The position numbers were made by a program, and so were the translations under genes. A stretch of DNA of 63,333 nt, the filler included, from Reticulomyxa filosa (Eukaryota > Protista > Foraminifera), in NCBI GenBank assembly GCA_000512085.1. It is 24 parts of 24 records of this genome, joined end to end, with 100 filler letters (N's around TTAATTAATTAA, not from the genome) between each part and the next. Parts side by side here need not be neighbours in the genome. Positions count along the whole stretch, not along the records: positions 12,296 to 15,510 come from ASPP01035670.1; positions 15,611 to 17,526 come from ASPP01002461.1; positions 17,627 to 21,353 come from ASPP01019599.1; positions 21,454 to 24,490 come from ASPP01037791.1; positions 24,591 to 26,508 come from ASPP01016016.1; positions 26,609 to 29,483 come from ASPP01041366.1; 18 more parts are not named here. One strand, given 5' to 3'. Shown here piece by piece: positions 13,609 to 27,099 of the stretch. Numbering within the stretch: position 1 is the first letter of the stretch; the number at the start of each line of letters is the position of its first letter. Below the pieces are notes generated by a model. It did not search any database. It had not been told where the DNA came from and saw nothing but the letters and a program-made list of their open reading frames with translations.

Positions 13609-14436
13609 TTACACATATGCATATGCACAGAATGGTGTAATATAATCACAAACATGTAGTTTATGAAATTGAAAATTGTTGTTATCTTCATCATATTCAA
13701 TTGATAATCCAGTCTTAAAACAAAACAACAGCATTTGATAATTTTGTTTATTTGTTTTCATCATTTCTTGTTCTTGTCTATTTTCTGATTTTGATACAAA
13801 GCAATGATACCATATCCATTTAGCAGTTGGTAAAGTATCATGTTTAATAAATTGAAATGTATTTAAATCAAACACACTAATATTATATCCTGGATAGGTA
13901 ATAAATAATAAATGATTGTTGATTCCACCAATCAATGCACGCACTCCAAGATAATCATCATCATCTCTTCCAATGATAATTGGATGATTGTGATTGTCTG
14001 TGAAAGGAATCCATTTATTGCAATTTTTGAATTTATTTGATCTCTTTGATATATTACTCCAAACACTTACATATTTCATCACCAATGTATGTTTATTTCT
14101 TCCTTTATAATTAGACCCAAAAGACAACAAAGTGATTTGATTGCTGTCTTTGTTGTTATCTACCAGTTTCACTACACAGTGTCCAGTTAATTTAACATAG
14201 CTTGGATACTCACAGACAAACTTGAATTTGTTTTTGAGTGTATGATAAGAATAACAAGCTCTTTGACTAATAGCTCCACAAATGAGGAGTTCGTGTTCGT
14301 GTTGCACACATTGAGCTTGAAAAAGTGGCGTAGGTAACTCCTTCAAAGTTTGAAAAGGGGTAGTAATCTGTTGACTTTGTTTGGTTTGTTCATGTTCTCT
14401 TTTAGGAGAGTTTTGCGTTGTAGTTCGATTGCCCAT
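13609..14436 (-). CDS. Kelch-like beta-propeller protein of an amplified family (possibly 3'-truncated)
   Basis: 275-aa ORF: MGN..., FQTLKELPTPLFQAQCV..ELLICG..CYSYH..GHCVV..ITLLSFG..RALIGG..ISVFDL..YHCFV..FCAYAYV. These are repeated degenerate kelch blades. Confidence 0.7.
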   Translation of the reverse strand: MGNRTTTQNSPKREHEQTKQSQQITTPFQTLKELPTPLFQAQCVQHEHELLICGAISQRACYSYHTLKNKFKFVCEYPSYVKLTGHCVVKLVDNNKDSNQITLLSFGSNYKGRNKHTLVMKYVSVWSNISKRSNKFKNCNKWIPFTDNHNHPIIIGRDDDDYLGVRALIGGINNHLLFITYPGYNISVFDLNTFQFIKHDTLPTAKWIWYHCFVSKSENRQEQEMMKTNKQNYQMLLFCFKTGLSIEYDEDNNNFQFHKLHVCDYITPFCAYAYV

Positions 14437-15185
14437 GTTGTTAATGTTTAGGAAGTTTTTTTTTAGTTTAATTTTTTTAGAAAAAGGGGACGTGACATGA
14501 CTCTTTTTGAGAAAACAAAAATATTTTACATGGATAATTTTTATTTAGTGAATGAAACAAAAAATTGCACATAATTTGAGCAATGAGAATTGAAATGCAT
14601 GAAAGGTTGAATTATTGTATCGAGAACTTTCAGGGAAAAAGTAAGACCATTTGTTAAATATTAAATTGTATTCCATATTTAGTTTTTGTGTTAAGACTTA
14701 CAAAAAAGTTCTTTTTTAGTGAGATTAAAAAAAACATAGGGTTCTATGCTACTTCATCCTTTTTGTTCATTTGCATATGACATAGTATTAGAACAAAACC
14801 TACTCCTTTTATTTTTCACTGATTTTACTGTTATAATAATTATATCATAAATGTTCATAGATGTTCATTTTAGGAATCTTGAATTTCAAATATATTAGCA
14901 AAAGTTTTCTTATACTTATCGTTGCAATCTTTAAAAAGATTCAATATTTCAAGCTTTTATAATATTCATGTTTTTCGAAACAAATGTGTATATTGATATT
15001 TGGATACAATTTCATTGCTTATGCTTTGAATTCTTTAAACAACATTGAATGCAATTTTTTTAATTTTTCTAAACAATAAAGTAAAATAAAACACATCTTT
15101 CAATGCTTGCATTCAATTAGTTTTCTTTTAATCAAACTTTTCAAACAAAAAAAAACTTTCATTTCTTATTTCATAAAACAGCAAA

Positions 15186-15510
15186 TTATCCACAAATACG
15201 AATGGAACCTTTGAATGAACCATAACACAATTTCAAATCATATGTAGCATTCTTTGTCTTGTCTTTCTTTTTCAATCTAATAAATTTAAGACACATTATT
15301 CCATGATCTTCTTTCGTATCTCCTTCGATCATATACAATTGATTCTTATTTGATCGAATATCCCAAAAACGAATTGTATTATCACCTGATCCAGAACATA
15401 TCACATTTGAATTACCACCAAATTCATTATTCTTTATTACAAATGGTGAATATTCAACACACCATACAGTATTTATATGCCCATTGAACACTTGAATTTG
15501 TTTACCAGAT
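15186..15510 (-). CDS. WD40-repeat protein, C-terminal part
   Basis: FNGHINTVWCVEYSPF..ICSGSGDNTIRFWDIR..IMCLKF..LCYGSFKGSIRICG-stop. Confidence 0.85.
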
Positions 15511-16439
15511 NNNNNNNNNNNNNNNNNNNNNNNNNNNNNNNNNNNNNNNNNNNNTTAATTAATTAANNNNNNNNNNNNNNNNNNNNNNNNNNNNNNNNNN
15601 NNNNNNNNNNAAGTAACATTGGTCTTGTGCAAAATATGAGTATAATACCAAGGGGTTTTAGTGACATCTTGCGCAGTTTCAAATCTTTTCTCAATTCACT
15701 CAAGAAAAGATTATATAAATTTAACAATTTGAATGTCACATAAGATTCTTAAAAGATTTGTTTAATAGAATATATCTCAGACACGACCAAAGCAAAACTT
15801 AAAAGATCATTACAACTTACAAGACAAACTGATTTCATATTCGATAAAAAAAAAGGTCAGATATTATGGACTATTCGTTGCTCTATGGTGGTAGACAAGA
15901 AGCAAAGATATATATGCAAAGGATTGACAGATTTGATGAAATTGCAAATAAATTGAATTCAAAACTGGTTGCCTATGATTTACTACAAATTGTCTCAATG
16001 TTTAATATGTTTGTCTTGTCTTGCATGAGAAGAACTGGAGCATATCGAGATAAGGCTTTAATTGCTCATCTGCAAGGTTAATTGCGGCAATTTCAATGAA
16101 ATTGAATAAAAGTCAATTTTGCAAACTTTTTCAAAATCAGTTTATTAAAAATAAATATAGTAACAAAAAAATGCTTAAAAATGAATTTTATCAACAATAT
16201 GATAACATAACATCAATACCATATTTAAAGATATCATGACTTATAGATATTTTACTTGTATTTAAAAATAATTTGATCAAAATCATCGATCTGTCCTAAT
16301 TTTATCTTCAAATTTCGAGTCAAATATTGAAGAATAGATTAATTTCATTTTTTGACTGTTCATTATTTGTTGATCATTTTCATACAATAAAATTTATTTA
16401 TGTCAATTAAAAAATAAATAAATAAGCAAATCGTTATCA

Positions 16440-16695
16440 ATCCATGTACATACGTGTTGTTTTCAGTCAATACCGCAACACAATCTTTCAATGAGTTGTG
16501 TAAATTGTTTTGAAATGTTATCTATTTCCATTAATAAATGCAAGCAATCCAATATAATAATCTTTATCTCTTCCAATGATAATTGGATAATTGCGATTGT
16601 CTGTAATTGTTGAATTCATTTAATTTGTTTGATATATTACTCCAAACACTTACATATTTCATCATCAGTGTATGTTTTGTTCCTCCATATTCAGC
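16440..16695 (-). pseudogene. Relic copy of the kelch-like family seen at 13609-14436
   Basis: Shares the near-identical nucleotide blocks tctcttccaatgataattgga and gatatattactccaaacacttacatatttcatca with 13963-14085, with deletions and stops. Confidence 0.75.
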
Positions 16696-19600
16696 TATTA
16701 AATTCGAAAGATATTTGAATAATAAAATATTAGCTTTATTATTATAATGTACAATTTTTCATGTTCGAAAAAATGCAAATCAACTAATTTTATCTTTATT
16801 TAGCACACAATAAAAGCTAAGCTTACAAAATATTCATGTTTATGTTAAAAAAAAAGAATAGTCTTGAGTTATTTAATATTTCCTCCTTTCATTTCAATAT
16901 CATTATCATTTATACGCTTTTTCCAACTCTTGCTTTTCCATAGATACTAATATAGAGCAGTGTTAGAGATTATCAACTGATTTATTGTGTCCTTTTAAAG
17001 TCAATGCAAGCTGTGAAGTCCTTGCAAACACAAAATGTAATACGTTTTTGTACTTGTAGTTTCAAGACATGAAAAAGAGGACGTAGCATCAAAAACGGAT
17101 ACAAAGTTATCTTATAAAACTTGTAGTTTTTTTGGGGGAGGGAGAAAATTTATCAAGGATTTTTTTTGTAAGGATAAAATTTTGTTCGCAATTTTTTATG
17201 AACTTCTACATTTTTGAATTTTTTCATTCGCTTGCTTTTCTTTTTTAGTTTGTTTTTCAAAAACGAAGATATACTAATAAGTTAAAAACAAAGTCTTAAA
17301 ATATGTAATATGAATAAAATTATTATTTTTTTGAAAAAAGCTTTGTGTTAAATGAACTTGTAAATTATTTTGATTAACATATATATATATATATAAATCA
17401 TTGATCTGTCATAATCATATCAAACTCAATTTTGAATAAATACTTGTGTTCATGCAATGTTAAAATGAAAATTTATCAACTTTGTTTCAGATTCAAATAT
17501 ATTCTTTCATTATGTAATTGGAATATNNNNNNNNNNNNNNNNNNNNNNNNNNNNNNNNNNNNNNNNNNNNTTAATTAATTAANNNNNNNNNNNNNNNNNN
17601 NNNNNNNNNNNNNNNNNNNNNNNNNNATTTTTACTTGTACTGAAAGAATAACATTATTCATCGAGAGATGATTCTCTTTTTTCTTTTGTGTTTTATAGTT
17701 GCACATTCGCCAAGTCGTTAATAAACCGAATAAGTTTAACGATGCTATAATAATTGCAATTAAATCGATAATTGCTTCTTTTCCTTTAGCTTCAACTTTT
17801 CAATAATATTATACTTTAATTTAATTTTAATCTTTATTTATAGAGTGATATTTTAAAGATAACGCTTTCTAAAAGACTTCCTCCAAAGCATATTTAAAAC
17901 TATAACTATCATAAGATTGCAAATGTAAATTTGTAACCGTTTTTAATGATTTTATTTAGCTAACATTTATTTGAAACACTTATGAAATAATCATAAAAAA
18001 TAAAAATTGATTGAATTAAGTTGGAAACCAGAAAAGTTTAAGATGTTACTCTAGTTCAAAAAAGAGTTTTCTCAAACAAGTATTACAAGAATTAATTTTA
18101 ACAAAAAATTTCATTGCACAAATGGAACAACTTCAAGAATCATTCAACATACTTTCTAGTTTCCAGAATCTGTAAGCTTTATAGCATTAGAAAATATTAT
18201 TCAAAAGAGGATTTTTTTTATTTTCCAAATAAAGCTAGCTTTTCACGGTTTTGGAATGAGAAGACATATGAATATTGTAAAAAAAAAAGTGGTGTCGGAC
18301 ATTGAGGAACATAAAGAGTTTTTTTAGATCGAAAAAGCTAGCAAGAATTTTTTTAGCTGTTTTATTTATGTCAAGGAAATGTTTGTACATGTTGTTTCTA
18401 TATGAGACTCTATTATATCACTATTTCCAAATTTGATCCAATTACTATTGAATTATAAGTACAACATACAAACAAAACTTACTGTACTTTAGTATGCTTT
18501 GAGGTATAACCTTTTCAAAGGTAATTATACCAACACATTAATGAAAATTATTCTAAACGATTCATATACTCTATACATTTGCATTATTGTATTAATATTT
18601 TTTTGCTTAGCAAATGATTATTATATGTGTTAACAATTGTTGAATATTTCTGTTCATCATCCAAAAGCTGAGATGAACAATCAAGTTTTTTTAATTATTA
18701 TCAAAACAAAAAAATCCTTGATTTTTTCAAATACAATAAATAATAATGAAAAAAATTATTTATTATTATTATTGTGCAACAACACTCTTTTGCAATTTGT
18801 CAGTGTTTATGTGATCTCTTAAACACTTGTCACTCCAGAAGCACGTAAGTCTGTTTTTGTTATTTTCAAAGAATTATCTTCCCACGCGTGAATACGCACC
18901 GTATTTGTCTGTATTAATCATGTACAAAATAACGACTTTTTTACCAGTTACGAAAAATTGTTCAGTTAATTTCTTAAAAAAAGCTCTTCAACATACTGTG
19001 TCAATGGCATATATGGACTATTGAAAAATTTTCAAAGCAGGCGAAGAATGCTTTCCTTCCCCCTTAAAAATGATCAAAATTCGACTGAACGTCTCGTTTT
19101 CCCAAAACTTAACAAACTTGTTATAATTTAAAAAATCTTTTAATTTTCAAAAAAATTAATAGAATCTTTGTAAAAACAGATTTAAAAAAATGGTATGTAG
19201 AGTTTTTAAAAAACTGTAATTGAAAGGATCTTTTTTCATGGATTTTTTTTGTAGTTCTTGCGAATAAAGAACGTTTATAAGACTTGTGTTTGATAGATAG
19301 ACAATCTTTGATTTTATCATGAAAAAAACAATAATAAAGGTTTTTGTATTGTTTATTTTGCATTTATAAATTGCAAACAAAAAAGGCAACAAACAACAAT
19401 CGCATTGTATTATTTATAATTCATTTCAATTACAAATTTAACAAATACAATGTCAATAACATGTGCGACGTCTGTTGATAGATTGGTGCAGTAACTGTAA
19501 TTACGAGAGATGTTTACTTAGAAGAGAATAGGAGTTTTCGTAAATGAAAGTAAAGAAAAGTAAGAAGTATGTTGTTGAGGAAGTGTAACCTGCCCCCTTG

Positions 19601-21549
19601 ACGTTCAGATACTTATAATATGGACTTATCCTGTAAACGCTAAGAAGTCAAGTACTTTACCATTCTTATGCAAAATATCTTCAACTATAAAACAAAATAA
19701 AGTAAACTTGTTTCGTTAAAAGGTTAATTATGCATCTCTGATCATTTTTTTTTTATTTTGTTGAATCCATACACACGTGTTTTATTTTGCTCTTTTCATT
19801 GATTTTCAAAATAAAACAGTATTAATCCAAGTTTTAAAATGAATTCTATTGTACCAAAACAATTTTTTATAAGATATATAAATATACTTCTGTTGTAAAA
19901 TTAAAAAAAATTGTGTAATCACATATGCGATTTGTTTCTCCTCTAAAAAAACTAATATGAATTAGAGTGACTCAAAAAAAGTAGTTTGAAACAAACATGA
20001 TAAAAGGATACAATTGTTATTCACAATATCTTTCAACAATACTTTGTACTTTAGAATTGTTGTTTTTATATGTCGGAAAGTAATAAGATTAAGCATTCAT
20101 TTTATCCAATACAAAGAACTATGACAAAAAAACAATTTTTGAAAATAATCTTTTCTTGTTTGATTGTTTCTATTCTGCATCCCAACGCATTCAAGAAATA
20201 ATACATATACGATAATTCCAACTGAAAGTGTTCATTTTATTGCAATAATTTTTGTTGACATATTTCAAGGAATTGATTTTTATTTTGCTAAGTTTCTTAA
20301 TATACAATTGCTCAAGTCTATTTAATCAACATTTACGGAAAAGAAAGCTGTTCTTGGATTGCCGTTAAGAGTGAATGTAAGATGTAAAGACGATAAATAC
20401 TGAGTTTTTTCCTGTTATCGCAATGGATAACAAATTTCTTTTTATTTTGATTTTATTCAATGTAAACATAAAAAAGCACTTTAATACAATTTACTCCATT
20501 GTTTTTAAAAAATAATTCTTTACACGAAACTTTTTAAAAACAGCGTAAAAAGGTGATCAGTTTCAAAAAAAAAAGTACTTCAAAAGTGCCAAAAGTTAAG
20601 AAAGTTTTCTTTTAATTGTAAAGAATGGTCACTTCACAAATTTTTTTCTTTTACCTGTGCAGAGGCAGTGAGGTTGTTTACTGAAAATTAGTAAATAACA
20701 GCAGCACTAACCTATCCTCTCTCTGCTAACAGATCAAGTTCAATGCATCTGGTCCAAAATGGATATGGCAAAAAAAAAAACAAAATATAAAACTGGTTTT
20801 CAAAATTTCAATTTTGATGGAGCACTCACATGAATGAAAACGGATCTTTTCTGCAGTCAGCAAATACTTAAAAAATGAGTTCAATAAGAGAAAAAAACAC
20901 CTTTTTTTTTTTACAATTTGAATTGAATCGAATATGATCTTTACGCATGCCCTATTTTAAAAAAATAATAGGAAATTGAAGAATCTGTACCATCGCCATT
21001 GGAGGCTGTGCATCAGTGTATTCGTCCATCTATGTGCGCAGCAATTGAACTTTGCGGTCACCAATTTTGTATTGGAGTTTTTTATTCACGAAGCAAATTG
21101 TATCAGTATATTGCTGCAGACAATGAGCAGTTCAGATACTGTCAAAAAAAACAACTAAAAAATGTATACATAACATATATAAATTTATTTATATATGTTA
21201 TGTATACATTTTTTAATTTTGCATTGAATTGTATTTGAAGATGCAAATGAGGAAGGGGAAAGGTTTCCAAATGTACATCTTTTTTTTTTTAAAAAAAAAA
21301 ATTCCAACAAAACAAAAGGTTGTTTTGGTGGTGCACACTGTTTGAAACATTGGNNNNNNNNNNNNNNNNNNNNNNNNNNNNNNNNNNNNNNNNNNNNTTA
21401 ATTAATTAANNNNNNNNNNNNNNNNNNNNNNNNNNNNNNNNNNNNNNNNNNNNATTGCAACAAAACTTGCTTTTTATTTATTTAAAAAAAAAAAAAAGGG
21501 TGTACAAACATATGTACATATATATGTACATATACAAATATATTTATGT

Positions 21550-22085
21550 TTATGTATGTATGCAGTATACGCACAATGATCTTTTTCGGCCAATAAAAAA
21601 TTGGACTGGAAAGGGACTGAAATATTTTGGACAAGATTGGGGACTGTGAAAAACACTTTGGACATTAACAGGCTCCATCATTTTGTCTTTGAAATATAGT
21701 TGTTTAGCATAAGTGCTTTTCAAAAAATTGATAAACAATTTGTCGCCACCACTCATTGTCAAATTATTGTCATTTGGTAGATCTTTCATGATTGTATTTG
21801 CATTTGCATTTGCATGTATATTTTGCAATAATTTCACCGTTTCATATAGACTTTGTGTTGAGAGACCAGGAATTCTTGATATGCCTTTGAGTCACTTTCT
21901 GCCAAGTCATTCATAAGTCCATGCAATGTTCTCTTAGTTTTACTGTCAAAAAAGATTGAGTGAGACAGGTACTGCATACTTTCTGATGATGAATCTGTTT
22001 TCTTAATATTCAACAGATTTTCCATGTGCGATCTTTGTTTTTTTCGAAAACGACGTAAAACATTTCTAAAGTTCTTCTTTGTCAC
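21550..22085 (-). CDS. Hypothetical protein fragment with an apparent frameshift near 21840
   Basis: Two abutting same-strand ORFs (22085-21834 and 21837-21550) have protein-like composition. Confidence 0.35.
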
Positions 22086-23169
22086 TGTTTTTAAAGGTAG
22101 ATATTTTCTTTAAAGACATGAATTCCTTACATACAGAAGAAGCACGCAAAATATTTCGGAAAAAACTAGGCGTTGAAAAGGATATAGTAATATGAAAGAA
22201 GGAGTATTGATATGTTTTGAAAAAATGCAGTAATTTTTGTGTTTAAAATAACAAACGTAAACTGGTAAATATGTATCACGGAAGATAGTTTGAACACAGC
22301 ATAGGGGCAAGAAGGGGGAAAAAAAAGATGATATTGATAATCATCAAAATGGAAATCTGGCAAAAAGACACCATCTGAATGATGATACTTTTAATACAGC
22401 AAATTTGGAACTGTCATTTCTGGTAGTTATTTTACGGCTTGAAAAGAGGGAGCCCTAACCACAAGGTGTTCAATACTAAGACAGAACACATTTGTTGGTT
22501 GTCATTTACAAATAGATGGGTTTGCGTCCAAAAAATAATTTGGAAGATTCAATAATCAAATGGGCATATGAATTTCTCTCCAAAGGAAAATCTGTGGATG
22601 TAAGAAAGTATTATATTTTCCAAAGAGGAGAGTGGAAAGATTCATATGTAATACAACGAAGAGGTCGGCACATAGAGAACCACATTTGTAGATCGGATAG
22701 ACAAAAAGCATACAGTGATGTACGTGTGTATAATTATCTCAATATCACAGATCGAGCATCTTTAGGATATTTGATCATAACAAAAGAAGGCGACACAAAA
22801 TCGGCCACCATTGTACGTGAGCCTTTAATTAACTTTTTTTTATTTGATTCAAGTATTTGATTTTTGATTGAATTTTTTTTTTTTATGAATTGTAGTTTGA
22901 TTTTTTTATAATAATTTCAGCTCACATGTTATCTTTAATCAAATTATGCTCATTGTAAAAAATTTCTATATTTTAATATTTTCAATCTAAAAGAAAGTAA
23001 ATATTCAGATAGACCCGATTTAGTTTTCACTTTTGTCTTTAAACAATACAAGATAGCAAAATCAGTTATCAGTTTTTTTCAGAGTTGGTGCCAAGAAAAA
23101 AAAAAACAATAAGTGCTCCAAAAGAGCCACACGTAAGGCTGTGCGAAATTAGGAATTGATTCTTGCCAT

Positions 23170-23260
23170 TATTCCTGGCAAAAAAAGACCTCAGGTAGTG
23201 TCCTCATGCCGTCATGTAGGAGTAGATGACAAGAATAATAACGTATAACAGAAAAGAATG
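23170..23260. repeat. Short dispersed non-coding repeat, second copy at ~30359-30430
   Basis: Both copies contain tattcctggc(A)n-ga ... gagtagatga ... acgtataaca and lie in different contigs. Confidence 0.55.
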
Positions 23261-24590
23261 TATGCAATAAAAAGATATTTCAAACAAGATGTTAGAGTAT
23301 TGCATCAAGGAAAAAAAGGTCAAAAGCATGACCGAAAGTAGTCATGGTATTAATCTATTACAATAATTTGCAGGAGAAAAAATATCAATAGCTTTTTATT
23401 TTTTTCTAATAAATATTTCATAGTTGATGCTATCTAAAAAAAAGATAACAATAATTGAAATTATTTCTGCTCCAATCATATTCATATACATTTATAGCAG
23501 AACCAAACAATAATTTTTCAATTTGCAAATCCCTAATCCCAAGCACTTGGATTGCAAACGTTTTTTTGTGTCACGATTGATGGACTTTTTTTTTTCATTT
23601 CCTTCAAAGGCCTTCACTCTAATCATTTTTGTTTGATTTGAGTAAGATCAAAGCATCCAAGATGCTGCTCACATCAACAACCAGTTCTGATTCAACTTTT
23701 TTTCAATCTTTGCTGATGACGGTAAACTGACGATTCAGTTCAAACTCGTCGTCTTGCACATTTTTTGTGATCAGATAATGATCACGCTCGATCTATCCCA
23801 TTGGCTGAAATTCGGTAGAAGGTTTTCATTTCCAGGTCTTCTGAGATTGTTTCGGGCTGTTTGTCGCTCGACACTTTTGTGCACGCGCGCATTTTCACTG
23901 TTGAGTCAACATTGCCGCGGTTTGCATTCAAAGTATCTTTTTTTTTTTTTATTCAATCATCAAATGAGATTATCTTTTCAATACATCCTATATTAACATT
24001 CCTCCTCTCTTTTTTTTTCAAAACAAAACAAAAATTTTTTAGTGTTCGTACCTTTATTTCTCCAACTCTTCCATCGACCACCATTTGCAATAGACTCAAT
24101 CCTACAATCGACACATCTAACATGTTGGCTTGTCCAATATGGATACATCAATATATAAATATATATGTACATATATGTGTATATATATATTTTTTTTTTT
24201 TTTTGAATGTAACTAAATTTGGAACGCTTAAAGCGGATAAAATGTTTAGAAACAAAAAGCTGAAACTGACCCGTGATTTTGTCTTTAAGCAAGATGCAGT
24301 CACCTGCTTCGAGAATACTTCTTCATTGTGGCTGTCGTTTGACAATTGTCTCACTTATGAAAACAAGTCATGCCCTCTTTGTAGACGTGGAATTACTTTC
24401 ATTGTTGTTGGCCTTCGTACTATTGTTAACCTCTTTGCTCTTGGACTTGTCGACAATGATTCATTGGCGTGAGAAAGCTAGGCACAATTTNNNNNNNNNN
24501 NNNNNNNNNNNNNNNNNNNNNNNNNNNNNNNNNNTTAATTAATTAANNNNNNNNNNNNNNNNNNNNNNNNNNNNNNNNNNNNNNNNNNNN

Positions 24591-26508
24591 GGGTAGCGAA
24601 GACATAATCGGCGGTACGCGCAGCGCTGAGAAAAGCAAGCTGACTTCGAGGCATGCACATGAGGGCAATCATCACGAGAAAACCCCACTGCTCGACGTGA
24701 CAACGGCGACAGCAGGCGAACATAGTCGCAGTGGTAAACACGCACACAATCACTACGAGGCATGTAGCGCTGCAGAACAAGCAAAGCTCCATCGGAGTTC
24801 CGTGACTACCCCTGATGATGACGTGTTCTACCCGCCCGCTCAAACTACATCAGGTAAAAAAAAAAAAAAAAATATTATACATATACATATATGTATATAT
24901 AAATATTGATATTGAGCGCAATAACATAATTTAATAAGCAATTAATAATAATGATAATAAATATATATATGTATACATATATATATACATATATGCTATT
25001 ATAATCAAAATTATTGATTGTTATTTACGCTTTTCTACGTTATGTTACCACGTGAATAACAATTGACAACATTACATGCATACCTACATGCACGTGGGAC
25101 GATAATGATCGAAATGCAACTCATGGGCATGAAATGGAATGGCAAACGAAACGTTTGTGGAACATGAGAGAGGCAAGGACGAGTTGAGTCACAGCGATAA
25201 ACACTTTCCTGTGTTTGGACCGTTCGACAGTGCGATCAGTTTGACTGAGACCGATGACGAGGATGACAGAAATGATGAAAAGAAAAAACACAAGAAGAAA
25301 AAGCGTGGAACAGGAAGTGGAGGGGGAGAAGAAAAAGAACAAGAAGAAGAGGAGGGAGAGGAAGAAGAGGATAAGGAGGAGGAAGAGGCAAGTGTGAGTT
25401 ATTTACATGATGACAATAACAACGACAATATGGAAACAAAGAAAGAAGAGGAAAAAGGAAAAGAAGAAAAAGGAAAAGAGAAAAAGGAAGAAAAAAAAGG
25501 TAAAACAAAGAAGAAGCAATTGAAAATGAATAGCATTCGACAAAGAGACCGACGATATTATCGCAAGATAATCCACGCGTGGGAAAACGAGATAACCTTT
25601 CAATGCGAAAAAGTGAACAGCTTTTACGAGTTGATCGAAGAGCAATTGGTGAAGGAGTTCAAGCAATTGAAAAAGAAGTTGCAAATTGCGAAAGATAAAA
25701 TGCAACGAAAGCGTCAAATGCGACGTGAGCTACCAAAAGACAAGCAATTATCAAAAAAGAAAGTGAGGCAAGAAAGAATTGGAATTATCCAGCAATCATT
25801 GGATCGACTATTAGAAGAAGAGCGTTAAGTATAATAATAACAATTAATAACAATTAATAATAATAATAATTATTATTATTATTTTTTTTTTTTTTATTTT
25901 ATTATTATTATCATTGTTTAATTGTTATTTTAAAGAAACACTGTGAAAAATACACCTTGCCAACAAATACGTGTTGCAACATCACAGAGGATCGAATACA
26001 AGACTCAAAAGCGCCCGAGGCGACTGCTATTCTCGTGGACGACAAAAAAAAGCAGCTGAAGATGACCAACTTGGAGGATGTTGGGGGGATAACGGACATG
26101 GAAATGACTCCGCTGATGAGTGGCGTGGGCGACCCAACAACAAGCAATGCGGCGACCGAGTATGTGTCGCTGGCTCGACACAGCAGTCAGGTTAGCAACG
26201 GCGTGGGGAGCAGTGACGACACCGAGGCGGCGTTTTTGAGTCGTGCGCAAGAGAAGAAACTGAACTACAGTGAGCTGGACAAAACCTATCAACTGCAAAA
26301 CTCGACTTACGAATGGATCGACTTGCAAATCCATCGTCAGCACGCCGGTAAAATGGATCCAGTCAAGTCGCGTTCTCAACTCATGGCACATAAGAAGCAA
26401 GAGGAATTGGCCTTGCAGCCCTTGCAACCGCTGCTCACTGGAGAGGATGCTGGCGATAATATCCCTACCTCCACTGCCGCCAATATTCACTTGTATCAAT
26501 TAAAACTC
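24591..26508 (+). CDS. SPX-domain protein (XPR1/PHO1/VTC-like N-terminus) with long charged insertions; multi-exon, partial
   Basis: AWENEITFQCEKVNSFYELIEEQLVKEFKQL matches the SPX central helix (FFxxLdxELEKVNxFyxxKExEL). Exon ORFs lie at about 24591-24853, 25139-25828 and 25957-26508. Confidence 0.65.
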
Positions 26509-27099
26509 NNNNNNNNNNNNNNNNNNNNNNNNNNNNNNNNNNNNNNNNNNNNTTAATTAATTAANNNNNNNNNNNNNNNNNNNNNNNNNNNNNNNNNNNN
26601 NNNNNNNNATTACACGATATGGACCTCGAATTTTTTTTTCCAAATTATACGTTATTTAAAACGAAATACTATGATCCACATTCGACGCACGTCGTCACTA
26701 ATAGATATTCGTTCAATAATGAACAAATAAATTTTATTGGCGAAATGACAGGTGCGTGTGTTGTAATTAGGCTTCCATAATTTCCATCAGCAACAATTCA
26801 ATCATAATGTTGTCAGTTTTACTTTACTGTACTGCAACAATCGATATTGATACTGCTGCTGTTGTTACTATTGCCACTATCGCCGGGGACTCTCTGCAGC
26901 ACCAATGACAATCTAAACAGCAAAAACATGTCCATTCACACTCCAAAATTTCTTTGATACACTTTGAAATGTCTATTAAAAATTTCAAGCAACACATACA
27001 TAAATAAATAATCAATATACGTATAAAGATGTTGCTATTAGTTTGAACATGTACACATAAAAATATATACATATATAAAACTTTGTCAAGCAATGGACC

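Noticed and set aside
17627-20900. Short ORFs and a possible TPR relic in the AT-rich contig
   Set aside because: No convincing motif was found, and the F/K/I/L-biased translations are typical of non-coding AT-rich DNA.
23861-24472. RING finger suggested by C..KSCPLCR in a + strand ORF
   Set aside because: The N-terminal RING ligands are missing, and the ORF runs through poly-T and TA-repeat intron-like DNA. It is probably a shadow of a decayed minus-strand gene.
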